Shown here: positions 45,185 to 55,784 of the stretch, in pieces | Numbering within the stretch: the first letter of the stretch is position 1 | How the letters are laid out: every line of letters starts with the position of its first letter | Assembly: GCA_963663965.2 (NCBI GenBank) | Contig: CAXXFK010000007.1 | Location: 1-64,000 of the forward strand | Source: Sedimentisphaerales bacterium | Lineage (GTDB): Bacteria > Planctomycetota > Phycisphaerae > Sedimentisphaerales > SM23-30 | DNA: 64,000 nt | Direction of reading: 5' to 3' | Notes under the pieces: generated by a model | What the model was told of the DNA's origin: nothing | The model's input: only the letters and a program-made list of their open reading frames with translations | Databases searched by the model: none | Position numbers and translations under genes: made by a program

Positions 45185-45568
45185 AGGTATTCGTTTAGCA
45201 CCCATTCGACGCTTAAAAATATTTTTGTTAAAATAAATAACCCACCCGCTTAAAAGTCGTGAAAAACCAGCCATGGTTTCTTCATACCCCCTCTTGTTGT
45301 TTTCAGAGATTATGCTCCTGATGCGCTTCATGGTATCAATATTTAGCATTTTAGTCTGGCACATCTGGTCGTCTGCCACAAGAGCTTAGTACATAAGCTG
45401 TTAATTAACATGGGATTAAGAAAATTGCGGTGTCGCGGCTGAAGACGTGTGTTGAGTTCATTGACAATCTTTGTCTGAATGGCAATTTTCTATGGAAAAT
45501 TTTTCGTGCCTTTGTGTAAAATGAAATACATAGATAAATGTCATATAATCAAAAGATGAGGAAAAAAA

Positions 45569-48500
45569 ATGAAGTATCTGGGAATCCGTAAGTCAGGTAG
45601 TGTTTCAACATTATTACTATTGGGTACGTTATTGTCTGCTGCGGTTCAAGGCGCCTCCTGGCCTATGAAGCAGCGCGACATGTGTCATACCGGTCGGGCT
45701 GATTTTGTTGTACCGGATACCCGGCTTAATGGCACCTTCTTTAATTATCCAGCCTGGCAAACTCCGTCGCCAGGATCGCCCGGTGAAGGTAGCCTCGGCG
45801 CCGCGTCCATGTCGTATTTTGACGGCGCCGGTCCGGAGGGGGCTGATATCGTGATTGGCGCCTACCACTGGCCCAAGGGTGTACAGGGAATGGATCGCCA
45901 CACGGGAGCGGTTTTCTGGTATGGCAATCCTGACGGTGGAGAAAGTATCGCCGAACGAACTCCGGCGTTTTCTCCTGATGGCCAGACCATCTATGTCGTT
46001 AATGACGCCACATCAGGGCCTTTAATGGCGTTTGAAACAACGACGGGCCCATGGCCTTATCGCAGCAATAGCGGCGATAGTTTTCCTGATCATTTTGAAA
46101 AGGGTTCTCCGACCATAGGGCCGGATGGTTCCATATTTAATTTTGCCTGGGATGATCGACCCTATGGGGCATTAGATGAAGATGGTTATCTCTATGAATT
46201 TTTTGCGGCCCAGACCGGCGTTAATTCCTGTTATAACGAGCCGTCTCTCTATCAATATGATAATGAAACGCTTCTGGTTTATGGCACGGGGCGAGGCCAT
46301 TATATCCGATGCTGGGATGCTATGGGGGGCTATCAGTGGTACGAATGTTATACCGCGGTCGAGACTGATGCAACCATAACCATCGATCCTGCCAATGGGA
46401 ACCTGTATGTCGCTGCCGGCTCTAATGATATTTATGTTATTGGCCTTGATAAAGATCTTAATCCGCTCTGGAGCGAAAGTAAAATTCTGGTTTTCGATTA
46501 TGTGGCGGGCGAGAATCAGCCGCAACGCGCCCAGTCGGCCGGCTGTCTCAGTCACGATGGCGCCACTTATTATTTTCAGACGGTCGGCTCAATGGGGACC
46601 GGTTGCCTTTATGCGATCAATACGGCTGATGGCACAACCAAATGGGCGTTTCCTACCCAAAGCAAGGGTTGGGAAAATCACAGTTCATGCCCTATTATAA
46701 CTTCGAATAATGTCATTGTTGTTGGCAATAATGATTCCAGTACCTATTATGCCATCCTTGACAACGGTCAGGATGATTATACCGTACTGGACACCCTGCA
46801 AATGGCCGAAGGCGGCAACGCGCGTTCCAGCGCCACGATATCTCCTGATGGATTATTGTACCTGCCCGGAAGAACGACCTGGCTGGTTGGCAACGGCGGT
46901 GGTAAAATCCCTGACTATACCGTACAGAACTTATTTAACGCCTTTAATCTAACGGAAAATACGGAACTGACTCTCTACCCTCCCGGTGGCCAACATGTCG
47001 AAGCCGGGAACCAGAAGGTTGCGGTCAACTGGACGCCGATTCCGGATCCGGGAGAAGTATTCGGCCATTACGCGATCTATCGCGACACGGAAGCATTTAC
47101 TTCTGTTGCCGGCAAAAATCCGGTGGCGATCATTCCGAATGTGAATGCGGGTCAGTGTATCGATGGAACCGCGGTTAATGGTATTTCTTATTATTACGCC
47201 GTAACGGTGGTTTCTGGCGGTGGCGCCGAGATTACCACGATTGATTCAGTGGGGCCGGCGACCCCGTTTTATGAGTTGGATATGCAATTTGTAACGATCA
47301 GTCGCTTTCCGAAGTTCCCCCGCTATTGTCCCACTTATACCGACCGGTTCATTTCCGACCCCAATGGATTTGGCCCCTATGGTTTTTCTTCAGCCACGGG
47401 ACTTGATTGTGGTCAGAATGATGAAACGCAACACACCCCCTCACCCGGCCAGACCATGACTTACACGGCCACTTTTCGCAACCGCGGCTCTGTTGTGGTA
47501 GACCAGGCATTTGATCTGGTCTGGAGCGTGGATGGTCAGGAAGCGCGTCGACAGACGATCAATCGGGCCATCCAGCCCGGCCAGACGATAACAGACAATT
47601 TCCAACTGGCCTGGGATGACAATTTCCATGATATTTCTGCTGCCATTGAACTGGAAGATGATCGTACTGAAAACAATCAATTTACTTCCAATACCCTGGC
47701 GGTGGGTTTTCTAACTTATATTGACCGTTCTTTTTATAATCAATTTCGCGAGTTGTGGTCTTTACAATATCCGGACAGACAGACCGATGACCTCATTGAC
47801 TGGTTAAATAATCATATGCGCCGCTTTAATGAAATGTTTGAGACGGCAGGTTGTGACAAGCGCGTCCATTATGATGTCCTTGAATTCCTGGGCGATACGG
47901 ATTTGGATCCTGCGGTTGACACCATTTACTGGGCCATCTTTCCATTTCGATATCATAAACTCGACAACGATCCGCGCACCAGCGGTTATTACCGTTTTGC
48001 GGACGATATCGATTACGGGCTGCTGCATGAAATGGGGCATCAACTGGGTATGATAGATCTCTATCAACTGGATGCCCCCTCAGAATGGAACGAAGTCAGC
48101 GGCATGGGGTATAACGGTCCCGACGGGCTGATGCGTGGTTGCAGTGATTTTATTTCTGAGCATTCCGCGCATGCCATGAATTTGTGGCTGCATCAAGCCC
48201 ATGGTTATTATGGTCAATATCTCTACCGGTTACCGAGAGTGATCCAGTTGCGCATTCTGGATTATCAAGGCAAACCCCTTCCTGATGCCACGGTTCGGAT
48301 GTATCAATATTGCGAACGCCCCGATATCGGCAAGCGGATAACCAATCAAATCAAGGCCCAGGGCATAACCGATTCCGAAGGTCTTTTTATGTTGCCCAAT
48401 GTTGCCATCGACCCGACCAAAGTGCCACCGATTGGCACCGGCGATGTCCTAAACGATAATCCCTTCGGATACGTAGCCGTTGTCGGCACGAATGGCGTTC

Positions 48501-49360
48501 TGCATTTTGCGGTAGAATACAATGGCCGCATCGATTATTGCTGGCTGGATATAACTGAAGCCAACAACGCGTATTTCAATGGCCAGGTTGACCTGGCCGT
48601 ATTTGACCGGCAATTAACACTTGGCGGTTCCTTGATTAAGCATATGCCCCGCCAGCTGGCAGAGTGGAATGCTGAAGACTGGGATGCCTGGGCGGAAGGC
48701 TCGACGCCGGAAAACACCTGGATCGAAAATGATTTTTCCCGCAAGGTTTTTGGCTTTTCATCGCTGAAATTTACCACCGATGGCGCGTTCGATACGTATA
48801 TTCGTTATCCCAAATCTTACACGGCTTCCTGGGATTTGTCCGGCGATATTGGCATGTCGGTTTATTTCTACGCGGAAAACGAAAACGGTTTTCAAAATGG
48901 CAGTCCCTGGATTCGACTACGGGATGCCAATGGCAATTTCGCTCAATATCAATATTATCGCGACGGCAGTCTATATGAAATCCTGAATGATGTGCGCGGC
49001 CGCTGGCAATCCACCTATTTTTCCATGAACAGTCCCTCGGACACGCAAAACGGCTGGCGCCGAACCGATTTTGGCCAGCCCGATATGTCCGCGATACAGT
49101 CCATAGAGATTCATGTGGATACCTGGGGCGACAGTTTCAAGCTTTGGGTGGATGGGCTTCAATTTTATCTGCCCGACCAGGCCTTTTTTGACCTGAGCGA
49201 TGACGGCCTGGTCGACATTAACGATCTGATGATTTTCTCTCAATACTGGCTGGAAGAAAACGTCTCGTGGCCCGATTGTCGGGGAGCGGATCAAAACCAG
49301 GACCATAGAATTGATTTTCATGACATGTTGTTTACCCAGCAGTTGTGGCTGACAGAATAA
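45569..49360 (+). CDS. Large secreted multidomain protein: PQQ-like propeller, Fn3, CARDB-like, zincin metallopeptidase, CBM-like, dockerin-like
   Basis: WPMKQRD N-terminus; YYYAVTVV (Fn3); ATFRNRG...ENN (CARDB); LLHEMGH; paired DLSDDGLVDINDL/DQNQDHRIDFHD EF-hand-like tail. Confidence 0.75.
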   Translation: MKYLGIRKSGSVSTLLLLGTLLSAAVQGASWPMKQRDMCHTGRADFVVPDTRLNGTFFNYPAWQTPSPGSPGEGSLGAASMSYFDGAGPEGADIVIGAYHWPKGVQGMDRHTGAVFWYGNPDGGESIAERTPAFSPDGQTIYVVNDATSGPLMAFETTTGPWPYRSNSGDSFPDHFEKGSPTIGPDGSIFNFAWDDRPYGALDEDGYLYEFFAAQTGVNSCYNEPSLYQYDNETLLVYGTGRGHYIRCWDAMGGYQWYECYTAVETDATITIDPANGNLYVAAGSNDIYVIGLDKDLNPLWSESKILVFDYVAGENQPQRAQSAGCLSHDGATYYFQTVGSMGTGCLYAINTADGTTKWAFPTQSKGWENHSSCPIITSNNVIVVGNNDSSTYYAILDNGQDDYTVLDTLQMAEGGNARSSATISPDGLLYLPGRTTWLVGNGGGKIPDYTVQNLFNAFNLTENTELTLYPPGGQHVEAGNQKVAVNWTPIPDPGEVFGHYAIYRDTEAFTSVAGKNPVAIIPNVNAGQCIDGTAVNGISYYYAVTVVSGGGAEITTIDSVGPATPFYELDMQFVTISRFPKFPRYCPTYTDRFISDPNGFGPYGFSSATGLDCGQNDETQHTPSPGQTMTYTATFRNRGSVVVDQAFDLVWSVDGQEARRQTINRAIQPGQTITDNFQLAWDDNFHDISAAIELEDDRTENNQFTSNTLAVGFLTYIDRSFYNQFRELWSLQYPDRQTDDLIDWLNNHMRRFNEMFETAGCDKRVHYDVLEFLGDTDLDPAVDTIYWAIFPFRYHKLDNDPRTSGYYRFADDIDYGLLHEMGHQLGMIDLYQLDAPSEWNEVSGMGYNGPDGLMRGCSDFISEHSAHAMNLWLHQAHGYYGQYLYRLPRVIQLRILDYQGKPLPDATVRMYQYCERPDIGKRITNQIKAQGITDSEGLFMLPNVAIDPTKVPPIGTGDVLNDNPFGYVAVVGTNGVLHFAVEYNGRIDYCWLDITEANNAYFNGQVDLAVFDRQLTLGGSLIKHMPRQLAEWNAEDWDAWAEGSTPENTWIENDFSRKVFGFSSLKFTTDGAFDTYIRYPKSYTASWDLSGDIGMSVYFYAENENGFQNGSPWIRLRDANGNFAQYQYYRDGSLYEILNDVRGRWQSTYFSMNSPSDTQNGWRRTDFGQPDMSAIQSIEIHVDTWGDSFKLWVDGLQFYLPDQAFFDLSDDGLVDINDLMIFSQYWLEENVSWPDCRGADQNQDHRIDFHDMLFTQQLWLTE

Positions 49361-49405
49361 GTTGGCGCGGGTAAAACTATTGGTGTGAGACCATCAAAAA
49401 GCAGT

Positions 49406-49444
49406 AAAAACCTCAAGGCGATGTTTTTCGTCGAGAGGTTTTTT
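49406..49444 (+). terminator. Intrinsic terminator
   Basis: AAAAACCTC..GGCGA-loop-TCGTC..GAGGTTTTTT. Confidence 0.65.
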
Positions 49445-49459
49445 ATTTTTCCACAATTT

Positions 49460-49488
49460 GTGACTCACCGGTAACATAATTGTAACAT
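49460..49488 (+). promoter_or_regulatory. 11-bp-period direct repeats, putative OmpR-family binding site
   Basis: GTGACTC 49460, GTAACAT 49471, GTAACAT 49482, upstream of an operon encoding an OmpR-type regulator. Confidence 0.55.
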
Positions 49489-49562
49489 TTGATGGGTTAA
49501 ATGATAGGTAATAATGGATTATTGTGTTATAGTAACTGGTTAGTCTTTTTAAGGAGCAAACA

Positions 49563-51590
49563 ATGTTAAGTAAACGAAGCAGAACATGGGTATTGGGATT
49601 GATTATTTTGTTGATGGCAGGATGCCTGGTATGGAGCGCTGATAGCGGCAGTAAGCTGCAGGATGCCTTGTATCAGGAAGAAATTGAGGGCAATCTGGAT
49701 GCCGCAATTAAGCTTTACAATGAGGTTGCCGGTGATACCACTGCGCGCCCTAATATCGCCGCGCAGGCCCTGTATCGTCTGGGCCTGTGCTATATGAAAC
49801 AGCAGGATGAAATGCATGCCCGCCAAACCATGCAGACGTTGGTTGACCGTTATCCCGACCAAACGGCTATGGTCGAAAAGGCGCAGGCGGTTCTTAATGA
49901 ATTGATTTCCCCGGATCCGGCGGCGCTGATGCCGGAAGATACGATTGCCTATTGTGAAATTGGTAATCCGGGCAAGCAGGTTGAAACGATCGTTAATATG
50001 CTCAAGGGGACTCCGCTGGAAAACCCCCTGGCTTTAATTAATGGCGGCCAGCCGCAATCCGGTCAATCGGATCCCGCGGTAGCCTTGTTCAATCCCAGCA
50101 TGTTGAATGAATTTAAAAAAATCCGCGGGTATGCCGCGGGCTTTATGGGAATGACTCGCGATGGCAATGGGAATGTTGTGCCCAATTTCGCGGTTGTTGT
50201 CTTTCCGGGGAAAAGCGATGCCTTGCGCGGGCTGCTGGCGGCGTTTGCCGGAATGAACGGCCAGCCCGACGTCACGATAGAGGGCATGTCGTCAATCCGC
50301 ATTCAGGGAAATATTGGGTTTACCTACGACAATGATGTTATGATACTGGCCCAGCCCTTTGAGCGGCTCGAGTCGATGGTCAAATTATATAAAGGCACTT
50401 CCAAAAAAGCCTCGCTCCTGGAATCCGATCCTTCATTTGTTGCTTTAAGCCGCAAGCAAAGAGAGGACAATCTTTTGTCGTTATGGGTGAGCAAGCAAGG
50501 CATCAATGAAGCGATTAATCTGGCAGCGTCACAAGGTGGTTCGAATATTGATCCCTATTCATTAAAGATGATAAATTATATCAAGATGCTGGCAGACACC
50601 GACCATGCGGACAGCCTGGTCGCCCAGTTGTTTATTTCGGAGAACCTGATTAATGCCAACATTGACTTAACTTTTAGTAAAGATCATCAGAGCCTGCTTT
50701 ATGGTTTGATTAATACTCCCAATATTTCCGATCGTGCCTTGTTAAATGTGCCGGAGAATGCCATTGCGATCATGGCATTAGGGTTAAATCAGGCCGATAC
50801 TACTTCGTCGGCCGCCGCCCGGCAGGCGGTTAAACGGGTTACCGGTCTTGATATCGGCCGGGAACTATTCGACAACATTAATCAGGTTTCCTTGTTTGTT
50901 GTGCCGCCTACGCCGGCATCGAATCAGTTGTCTATTGTTCGGGTGACCAGCCCCATCTTGCCTTGCCTGGGATTGTCGTTTAGTAGTGACAACCCACAGA
51001 AGACCTATCAATTGTTTAAAACGTTGATGGAGGTCGCGGAACAGACAATGAAAGCGCAAATGGAAATAAAGAATGCGGACTGGAACCCGAACGACGAAAA
51101 ATATTTATGCAGCGAGTTAGGAAACGATGGGTTGGCTTACTGGTACCTGACTCAAGCAGGTAACAGTACGATCCTGACGATGAATCCGGAAATAATCAAT
51201 GCTGCCAAAACCACCGCGAGCACTGGAAAAAATGTTTGTAACGCCAGCGTGTTGAAAGATGAAATTAAAAGCCTGCCCCCTTCGGTCAGCAAGCTGGTTC
51301 TGATCAACGGAAGCGGCGCCATGGGGGTGGCGGCAGCTCATTTAGCCCATCAAGGCGGCAACCAGGGCCCGGTCCTGGGTCTGCTAAAGTCGCTGGCGCA
51401 GCTTTGTCCGGAATTGGCCGTGCGACTCTGCACGATTGAAGAAGATAATCGGTTTGGTCTTAATCTGAAAATTAATCATATTCCCGCGGTCAGCGAGGCG
51501 TTTCCGGTTATTATGCAGCACTTAAATGGCGGTGGCGGACCGGCGACCGGTACAAATTCCGCTGAAGCGGGCGCTGAACCACAGCAATAA
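49563..51590 (+). CDS. Secreted TPR plus DUF3352-like protein
   Basis: Signal peptide; TPR AQALYRLGLCY; DPAALMPEDT..Y.EI start of a DUF3352-like module. Confidence 0.65.
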   Translation: MLSKRSRTWVLGLIILLMAGCLVWSADSGSKLQDALYQEEIEGNLDAAIKLYNEVAGDTTARPNIAAQALYRLGLCYMKQQDEMHARQTMQTLVDRYPDQTAMVEKAQAVLNELISPDPAALMPEDTIAYCEIGNPGKQVETIVNMLKGTPLENPLALINGGQPQSGQSDPAVALFNPSMLNEFKKIRGYAAGFMGMTRDGNGNVVPNFAVVVFPGKSDALRGLLAAFAGMNGQPDVTIEGMSSIRIQGNIGFTYDNDVMILAQPFERLESMVKLYKGTSKKASLLESDPSFVALSRKQREDNLLSLWVSKQGINEAINLAASQGGSNIDPYSLKMINYIKMLADTDHADSLVAQLFISENLINANIDLTFSKDHQSLLYGLINTPNISDRALLNVPENAIAIMALGLNQADTTSSAAARQAVKRVTGLDIGRELFDNINQVSLFVVPPTPASNQLSIVRVTSPILPCLGLSFSSDNPQKTYQLFKTLMEVAEQTMKAQMEIKNADWNPNDEKYLCSELGNDGLAYWYLTQAGNSTILTMNPEIINAAKTTASTGKNVCNASVLKDEIKSLPPSVSKLVLINGSGAMGVAAAHLAHQGGNQGPVLGLLKSLAQLCPELAVRLCTIEEDNRFGLNLKINHIPAVSEAFPVIMQHLNGGGGPATGTNSAEAGAEPQQ

Positions 51591-51603
51591 TTTATCGCAG
51601 ATA

Positions 51604-53622
51604 ATGTCTAGAATATTTAAAACCGAAAATAAACAATTACGGCTGCTGGCAATCGTGCTGGCAGCCGCAATTATTTTACCCAGTTCTTGCCTGCTCTGGT
51701 TCATGACGCGAACCATCCAAAATGAACGATTCGGCGTCATCGAGAGGGTGCGCAGACTATCCCAGAACCAAATCGATCTGATCGATAATGCGATTAAAAC
51801 AGCGTGGATGCCGTTAGCGGCCGTGGTGGGTCATATTAGCGACAGCGATTCGAGGCGATGTTATGCACGGCTTTTGAATCATCCAGCGATACAATGTGAT
51901 GGAGCCCTTGTTTTTAGTCTGTCAGGCCAATTATTATACCCGGTTGTTTCTGATACTGTTATTGCACAAGATGATTCTCCCGGCGTTCTCAAGAATATCT
52001 GGAGTATCGAGTTTGTTAACCGGGACATAGAAAAAGCCGGAACGCTTTATCAACAGCTGGCGCGGCAGACAATCGATCCACTGGTTCGACAGAAGGCATT
52101 AGCGGCTCAGGCGCGCTGCCTGATGAAACGACAGCTTGAGCCGGAAGCAATGGCTATTTACCGACAATTAGGCTGGCCGGTCTCTCAAAAAGAACCGATG
52201 GATTTTTCGATTGTCTGTCAGGCAAGACTTATGGTATTAAAAGCTGTTTGCAGTAATGAAAACGAACCTAGAGTTGTTGCCGCCCAACAAATCATGGCGA
52301 ACAAAAATATTGATGGCTCGGATCATTGGCTGGTTTTGCCGCTGGACCGGCAGGTGTTTTATCTGGAGAAAGCCATTGAAATCATCCGGCAGGCCGGCAT
52401 GGGTGACATTCTGGCGAATGACCTGAACGCGGCGGAACGTGATGCCGCGGCAGGGAAATTGGCCCTGATGCTGGCTTATGAAACAGATATCATCCAATCG
52501 GCGCCGAATCTTGCCCACGGTCAGTTAACCCGGCTGTCTTCTAAAGAGGCGGTTTACGGAATTCCCGTTCGGAATCAGGCTCTATTAATAGTTTTGTTAT
52601 ACTCAGAGGACTCTCTGTTAAATCTAATTAAGCCGGCGGTTGCCGATTTGTTGCGGGATGATGTGGCGACTTGTGAAATATATAGTCCGGATCAGATCTT
52701 GCTTGAAAAGCAGGATCGTGTTTTGATAGAGCCTCTGCTGATTAAACAATTGGCGATCCCTTTTGCCGGCTGGGAGGTGAGATTATATTTGAACGATGAT
52801 AACTATTATAAACAGCGCGTTCAGCAACAATCCCTGTTTTATCTCTGGACCGGCTTACTGGTTATTGCCGCGATTGTTATTATTGGTATTCTAACCATGC
52901 GCATGGTTGGCCGGCAAATGCGTTTGAGTCAATTGAAAAACGATTTCATTGCGACGGTAACACATGAATTAAAAACCCCGCTGGCCTCAACACGCCTTCT
53001 GGTTGACACGCTGTTGGAGGGTCGGTATCGAGACCAGAATAAGGTTAATGAATATTTGCGCCTGATATCAAATGAAAATCAACGGTTGACGCGCCTGATA
53101 GAAAACTTTCTCACCTTCTCTCGAATGGAGCGCAATAAACAGGCGTTTGAATTTCTTCCTGATCATCCGGAATCCATCGTTGGCGATGCCGTGGCTGCCA
53201 TTCAAACCAAATATCATCACAATGAATGTCGTTTTAAGCAGGAAATCTCTGGGGAACTGTGTGAAGTTCTGGTTGATCATGACGCGATGGTAACGGTATT
53301 AATCAATCTGCTTGATAATGCCTGTAAATACACAACGAAAGAAGATAAGCGAATCCAACTGAAAGTATATCTCGAAGATCAATGGACTTGTTTTGCCGTT
53401 TCAGATAATGGCTGCGGTTTTTCGCGCAAGGTGGCCAGGCGATTATTTGATAAGTTTTTTCAGGCCGACAGGTCATTGACACGTCAGACGGAAGGATGTG
53501 GCCTGGGACTTAGTATTGTAAAATTTATCGTTGACGCGCATCATGGACAGATTAAAGTAACCAGTCAGCCGGGTATTGGCTCGACGTTTATCGTTAAAAT
53601 TCCAACTTATGCTAAAACATAA
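51604..53622 (+). CDS. Sensor histidine kinase with large periplasmic domain
   Basis: Two TM helices; H-box VTHELKTPL, N-box NLLDNACKY, DNGCG, GCGLGL. Start at ATG 51604. Confidence 0.93.
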   Translation: MSRIFKTENKQLRLLAIVLAAAIILPSSCLLWFMTRTIQNERFGVIERVRRLSQNQIDLIDNAIKTAWMPLAAVVGHISDSDSRRCYARLLNHPAIQCDGALVFSLSGQLLYPVVSDTVIAQDDSPGVLKNIWSIEFVNRDIEKAGTLYQQLARQTIDPLVRQKALAAQARCLMKRQLEPEAMAIYRQLGWPVSQKEPMDFSIVCQARLMVLKAVCSNENEPRVVAAQQIMANKNIDGSDHWLVLPLDRQVFYLEKAIEIIRQAGMGDILANDLNAAERDAAAGKLALMLAYETDIIQSAPNLAHGQLTRLSSKEAVYGIPVRNQALLIVLLYSEDSLLNLIKPAVADLLRDDVATCEIYSPDQILLEKQDRVLIEPLLIKQLAIPFAGWEVRLYLNDDNYYKQRVQQQSLFYLWTGLLVIAAIVIIGILTMRMVGRQMRLSQLKNDFIATVTHELKTPLASTRLLVDTLLEGRYRDQNKVNEYLRLISNENQRLTRLIENFLTFSRMERNKQAFEFLPDHPESIVGDAVAAIQTKYHHNECRFKQEISGELCEVLVDHDAMVTVLINLLDNACKYTTKEDKRIQLKVYLEDQWTCFAVSDNGCGFSRKVARRLFDKFFQADRSLTRQTEGCGLGLSIVKFIVDAHHGQIKVTSQPGIGSTFIVKIPTYAKT

Positions 53623-53649
53623 ACAAGAATTCAACCGGCAACCAATCTT

Positions 53650-54330
53650 ATGGAAACAATTTTAGTTATTGAAGACGATCCCGTCATGCAGCGGGGCTTG
53701 ATTGATAATTTTGAGTACCAGGGATATCGGGTCTATGGTGCGACAGATGGCGAAACCGGATTGAATATGGCCCTGGAACTCAAGCCCGACCTGATTTTGC
53801 TGGATATCATGCTGCCCGTTATTAACGGGTATGAGATTTGTCGTCTGATTCGCAAAGAAGAGCTGGATATGCCCATTATCATGCTGACGGCCAAAGGGCA
53901 GGAATCGGATATTATTCTGGGCCTGAATTTGGGCGCGGACGATTATGTTACCAAGCCATTTAGTATACGGGAATTGCTGGCAAGGGTGGAGGCGTTTCTG
54001 CGGCGGCGCCGGTCGGCGATGCCGACAATGATCGAATTCGGGTCCTGTCAATTGAATTTGTCGGCCCATACGTTCTTTAGAAACGGCGTCGAAGAGTCGT
54101 TGTCGCCCCGGGAATATAAGCTTCTGGAACTATTCGTTCAAAAGCCCAATCGGGCGCTGACGCGTAATGAGATATTAAACTGGGTTTGGGGATATGACAG
54201 CATTGTCACCTCGCGAACGATAGACCGGTTTATTAACACCTTGCGTAATAAAGTGGAACCAGATCCCAGGCGCCCTTCTCATATAATTACGATTCGGGAA
54301 GTGGGTTACAAGTTTATATTAGATCCCTAA
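53650..54330 (+). CDS. OmpR/PhoB-family response regulator
   Basis: IEDD, LLDIMLP, GADDYVTKPF, winged helix (RTIDRFINTLRNK, TIREVGY). Confidence 0.96.
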   Translation: METILVIEDDPVMQRGLIDNFEYQGYRVYGATDGETGLNMALELKPDLILLDIMLPVINGYEICRLIRKEELDMPIIMLTAKGQESDIILGLNLGADDYVTKPFSIRELLARVEAFLRRRRSAMPTMIEFGSCQLNLSAHTFFRNGVEESLSPREYKLLELFVQKPNRALTRNEILNWVWGYDSIVTSRTIDRFINTLRNKVEPDPRRPSHIITIREVGYKFILDP

Positions 54331-54530
54331 TTCTATTAAAAACATAGGGTTAGGCGTCCCAAGACGAGGGGGTGGATAATGAAGAGGAGCTGGTCGGGCC
54401 GAATATCCTATTAGCCGGGATTATTTTATTGTGTCTCAGTGAGCGATACGATACATTTTTATAATTATTACCCGCTACAGGACTTAGCGGGCTGTCATAT
54501 TGATAAATGTTTATTACATGGAGGTCTATT

Positions 54531-55730
54531 GTGGCCAAGAAAAAAGAACTAAAAAGCGGCAAGAGCGGATCCTATTTATTTACCAGTGAATCTGTTGGTC
54601 GTGGACATCCTGATAAGGTAGCTGACCAGATATCAGATTCGATTCTGGATGCCATGCTGGAGCAGGATCCAACTTCCCGTGTCGCCTGTGAGACTCTTGT
54701 TACTACCGGGCTGGCAGTGATTGCCGGAGAAGTCACTACCCGAGCGGTTGTCGATATTCCGAGTATTGTCCGCCGGACACTGTGCGAAATTGGTTATACC
54801 AAGGCGGAATATGGCATTGATGGCAATAACTGCGCCATTCTTAACGTACTGGGGCGGCAATCGCCGGATATCAGCCAGGGAGTTACAGCGGGCCAGGGTA
54901 AATTTAAGGAACAAGGCGCCGGTGATCAAGGACTGATGTTCGGCTATGCCAGCAATGAAACGCCGGAGTTAATGCCGATGCCCATTCACCTGTCCCATCG
55001 GTTAGTAGAGCGCTATGCCATGTTGAGGAAAAAGAAGGCGTTTTCCTGGATGCGGCCGGATTGCAAGAGTCAGGTAACGATAGAATATTGCGATAAAAAA
55101 CCAGTCAGGATTGATACCATTGTCATGTCCGTTCAGCATGATCCGTCGATTCCTTACAATAAGCTGCGTCAACAGGTCATTGACCATGTTATTATGCCGG
55201 TTCTTCCCAAGCGCATGGTTGACAGCAAGCTTAAATTCTATATTAATCCAACCGGGCGATTTGTTATCGGCGGCCCTCATGGCGATTGTGGATTGACAGG
55301 ACGCAAAATTATCGTGGATACCTATGGCGGCGCCGGGTGTCACGGTGGCGGCGCTTTCAGCGGCAAGGATCCATCCAAGGTGGATCGTTCGGCGTCTTAT
55401 ATGGCCCGTTATGTTGCCAAGAATATCGTGGCTGCCAAACTGGCCCGCCGCTGTGAAATTCAAATTGCTTATGCCATAGGGGTCGCGGAACCGGTTTCGG
55501 TATTGGTTGATACGGATGGCACCGGGATTATCTGTGATCAGGAGCTTACCCGTATTGTCCGGGAATTATTCCCATTGAAACCCGCGGGGATTATCAAGCA
55601 TTTAAATCTGTTGCGTCCGATTTATAAAGAAACTGCGGCTCATGGTCATTTTGGCCGCAAGGGCGAAGGATTTACCTGGGAAAAGACTGATATGGCCGCC
55701 AAGTTGCGCAAGGCTGCCGGACTGAAGTAA
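54531..55730 (+). CDS. metK: S-adenosylmethionine synthetase
   Basis: [33 protein letters not shown] start after GGAGG 54520-54524. Confidence 0.98.
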   Translation: MAKKKELKSGKSGSYLFTSESVGRGHPDKVADQISDSILDAMLEQDPTSRVACETLVTTGLAVIAGEVTTRAVVDIPSIVRRTLCEIGYTKAEYGIDGNNCAILNVLGRQSPDISQGVTAGQGKFKEQGAGDQGLMFGYASNETPELMPMPIHLSHRLVERYAMLRKKKAFSWMRPDCKSQVTIEYCDKKPVRIDTIVMSVQHDPSIPYNKLRQQVIDHVIMPVLPKRMVDSKLKFYINPTGRFVIGGPHGDCGLTGRKIIVDTYGGAGCHGGGAFSGKDPSKVDRSASYMARYVAKNIVAAKLARRCEIQIAYAIGVAEPVSVLVDTDGTGIICDQELTRIVRELFPLKPAGIIKHLNLLRPIYKETAAHGHFGRKGEGFTWEKTDMAAKLRKAAGLK

Positions 55731-55743
55731 TTTGTCATGATAC

Positions 55744-55784
55744 AAAAAGAAGCCGGTCCGAAGTTTTTTTGGGCCGGCTTTTTT
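55744..55784. terminator. Bidirectional intrinsic terminator
   Basis: AAAAAG-AAGCCGGTCC-loop-GGGCCGGCTT-TTTT between convergent genes. Confidence 0.75.

Noticed and set aside
45185..45568. Long intergenic regions (also 13514-13943) as ncRNA candidates
   Set aside because: No tRNA, tmRNA, RNase P, SRP or riboswitch pattern recognisable by eye; they look like AT-rich promoter DNA. An Rfam scan would be needed to exclude this fully.
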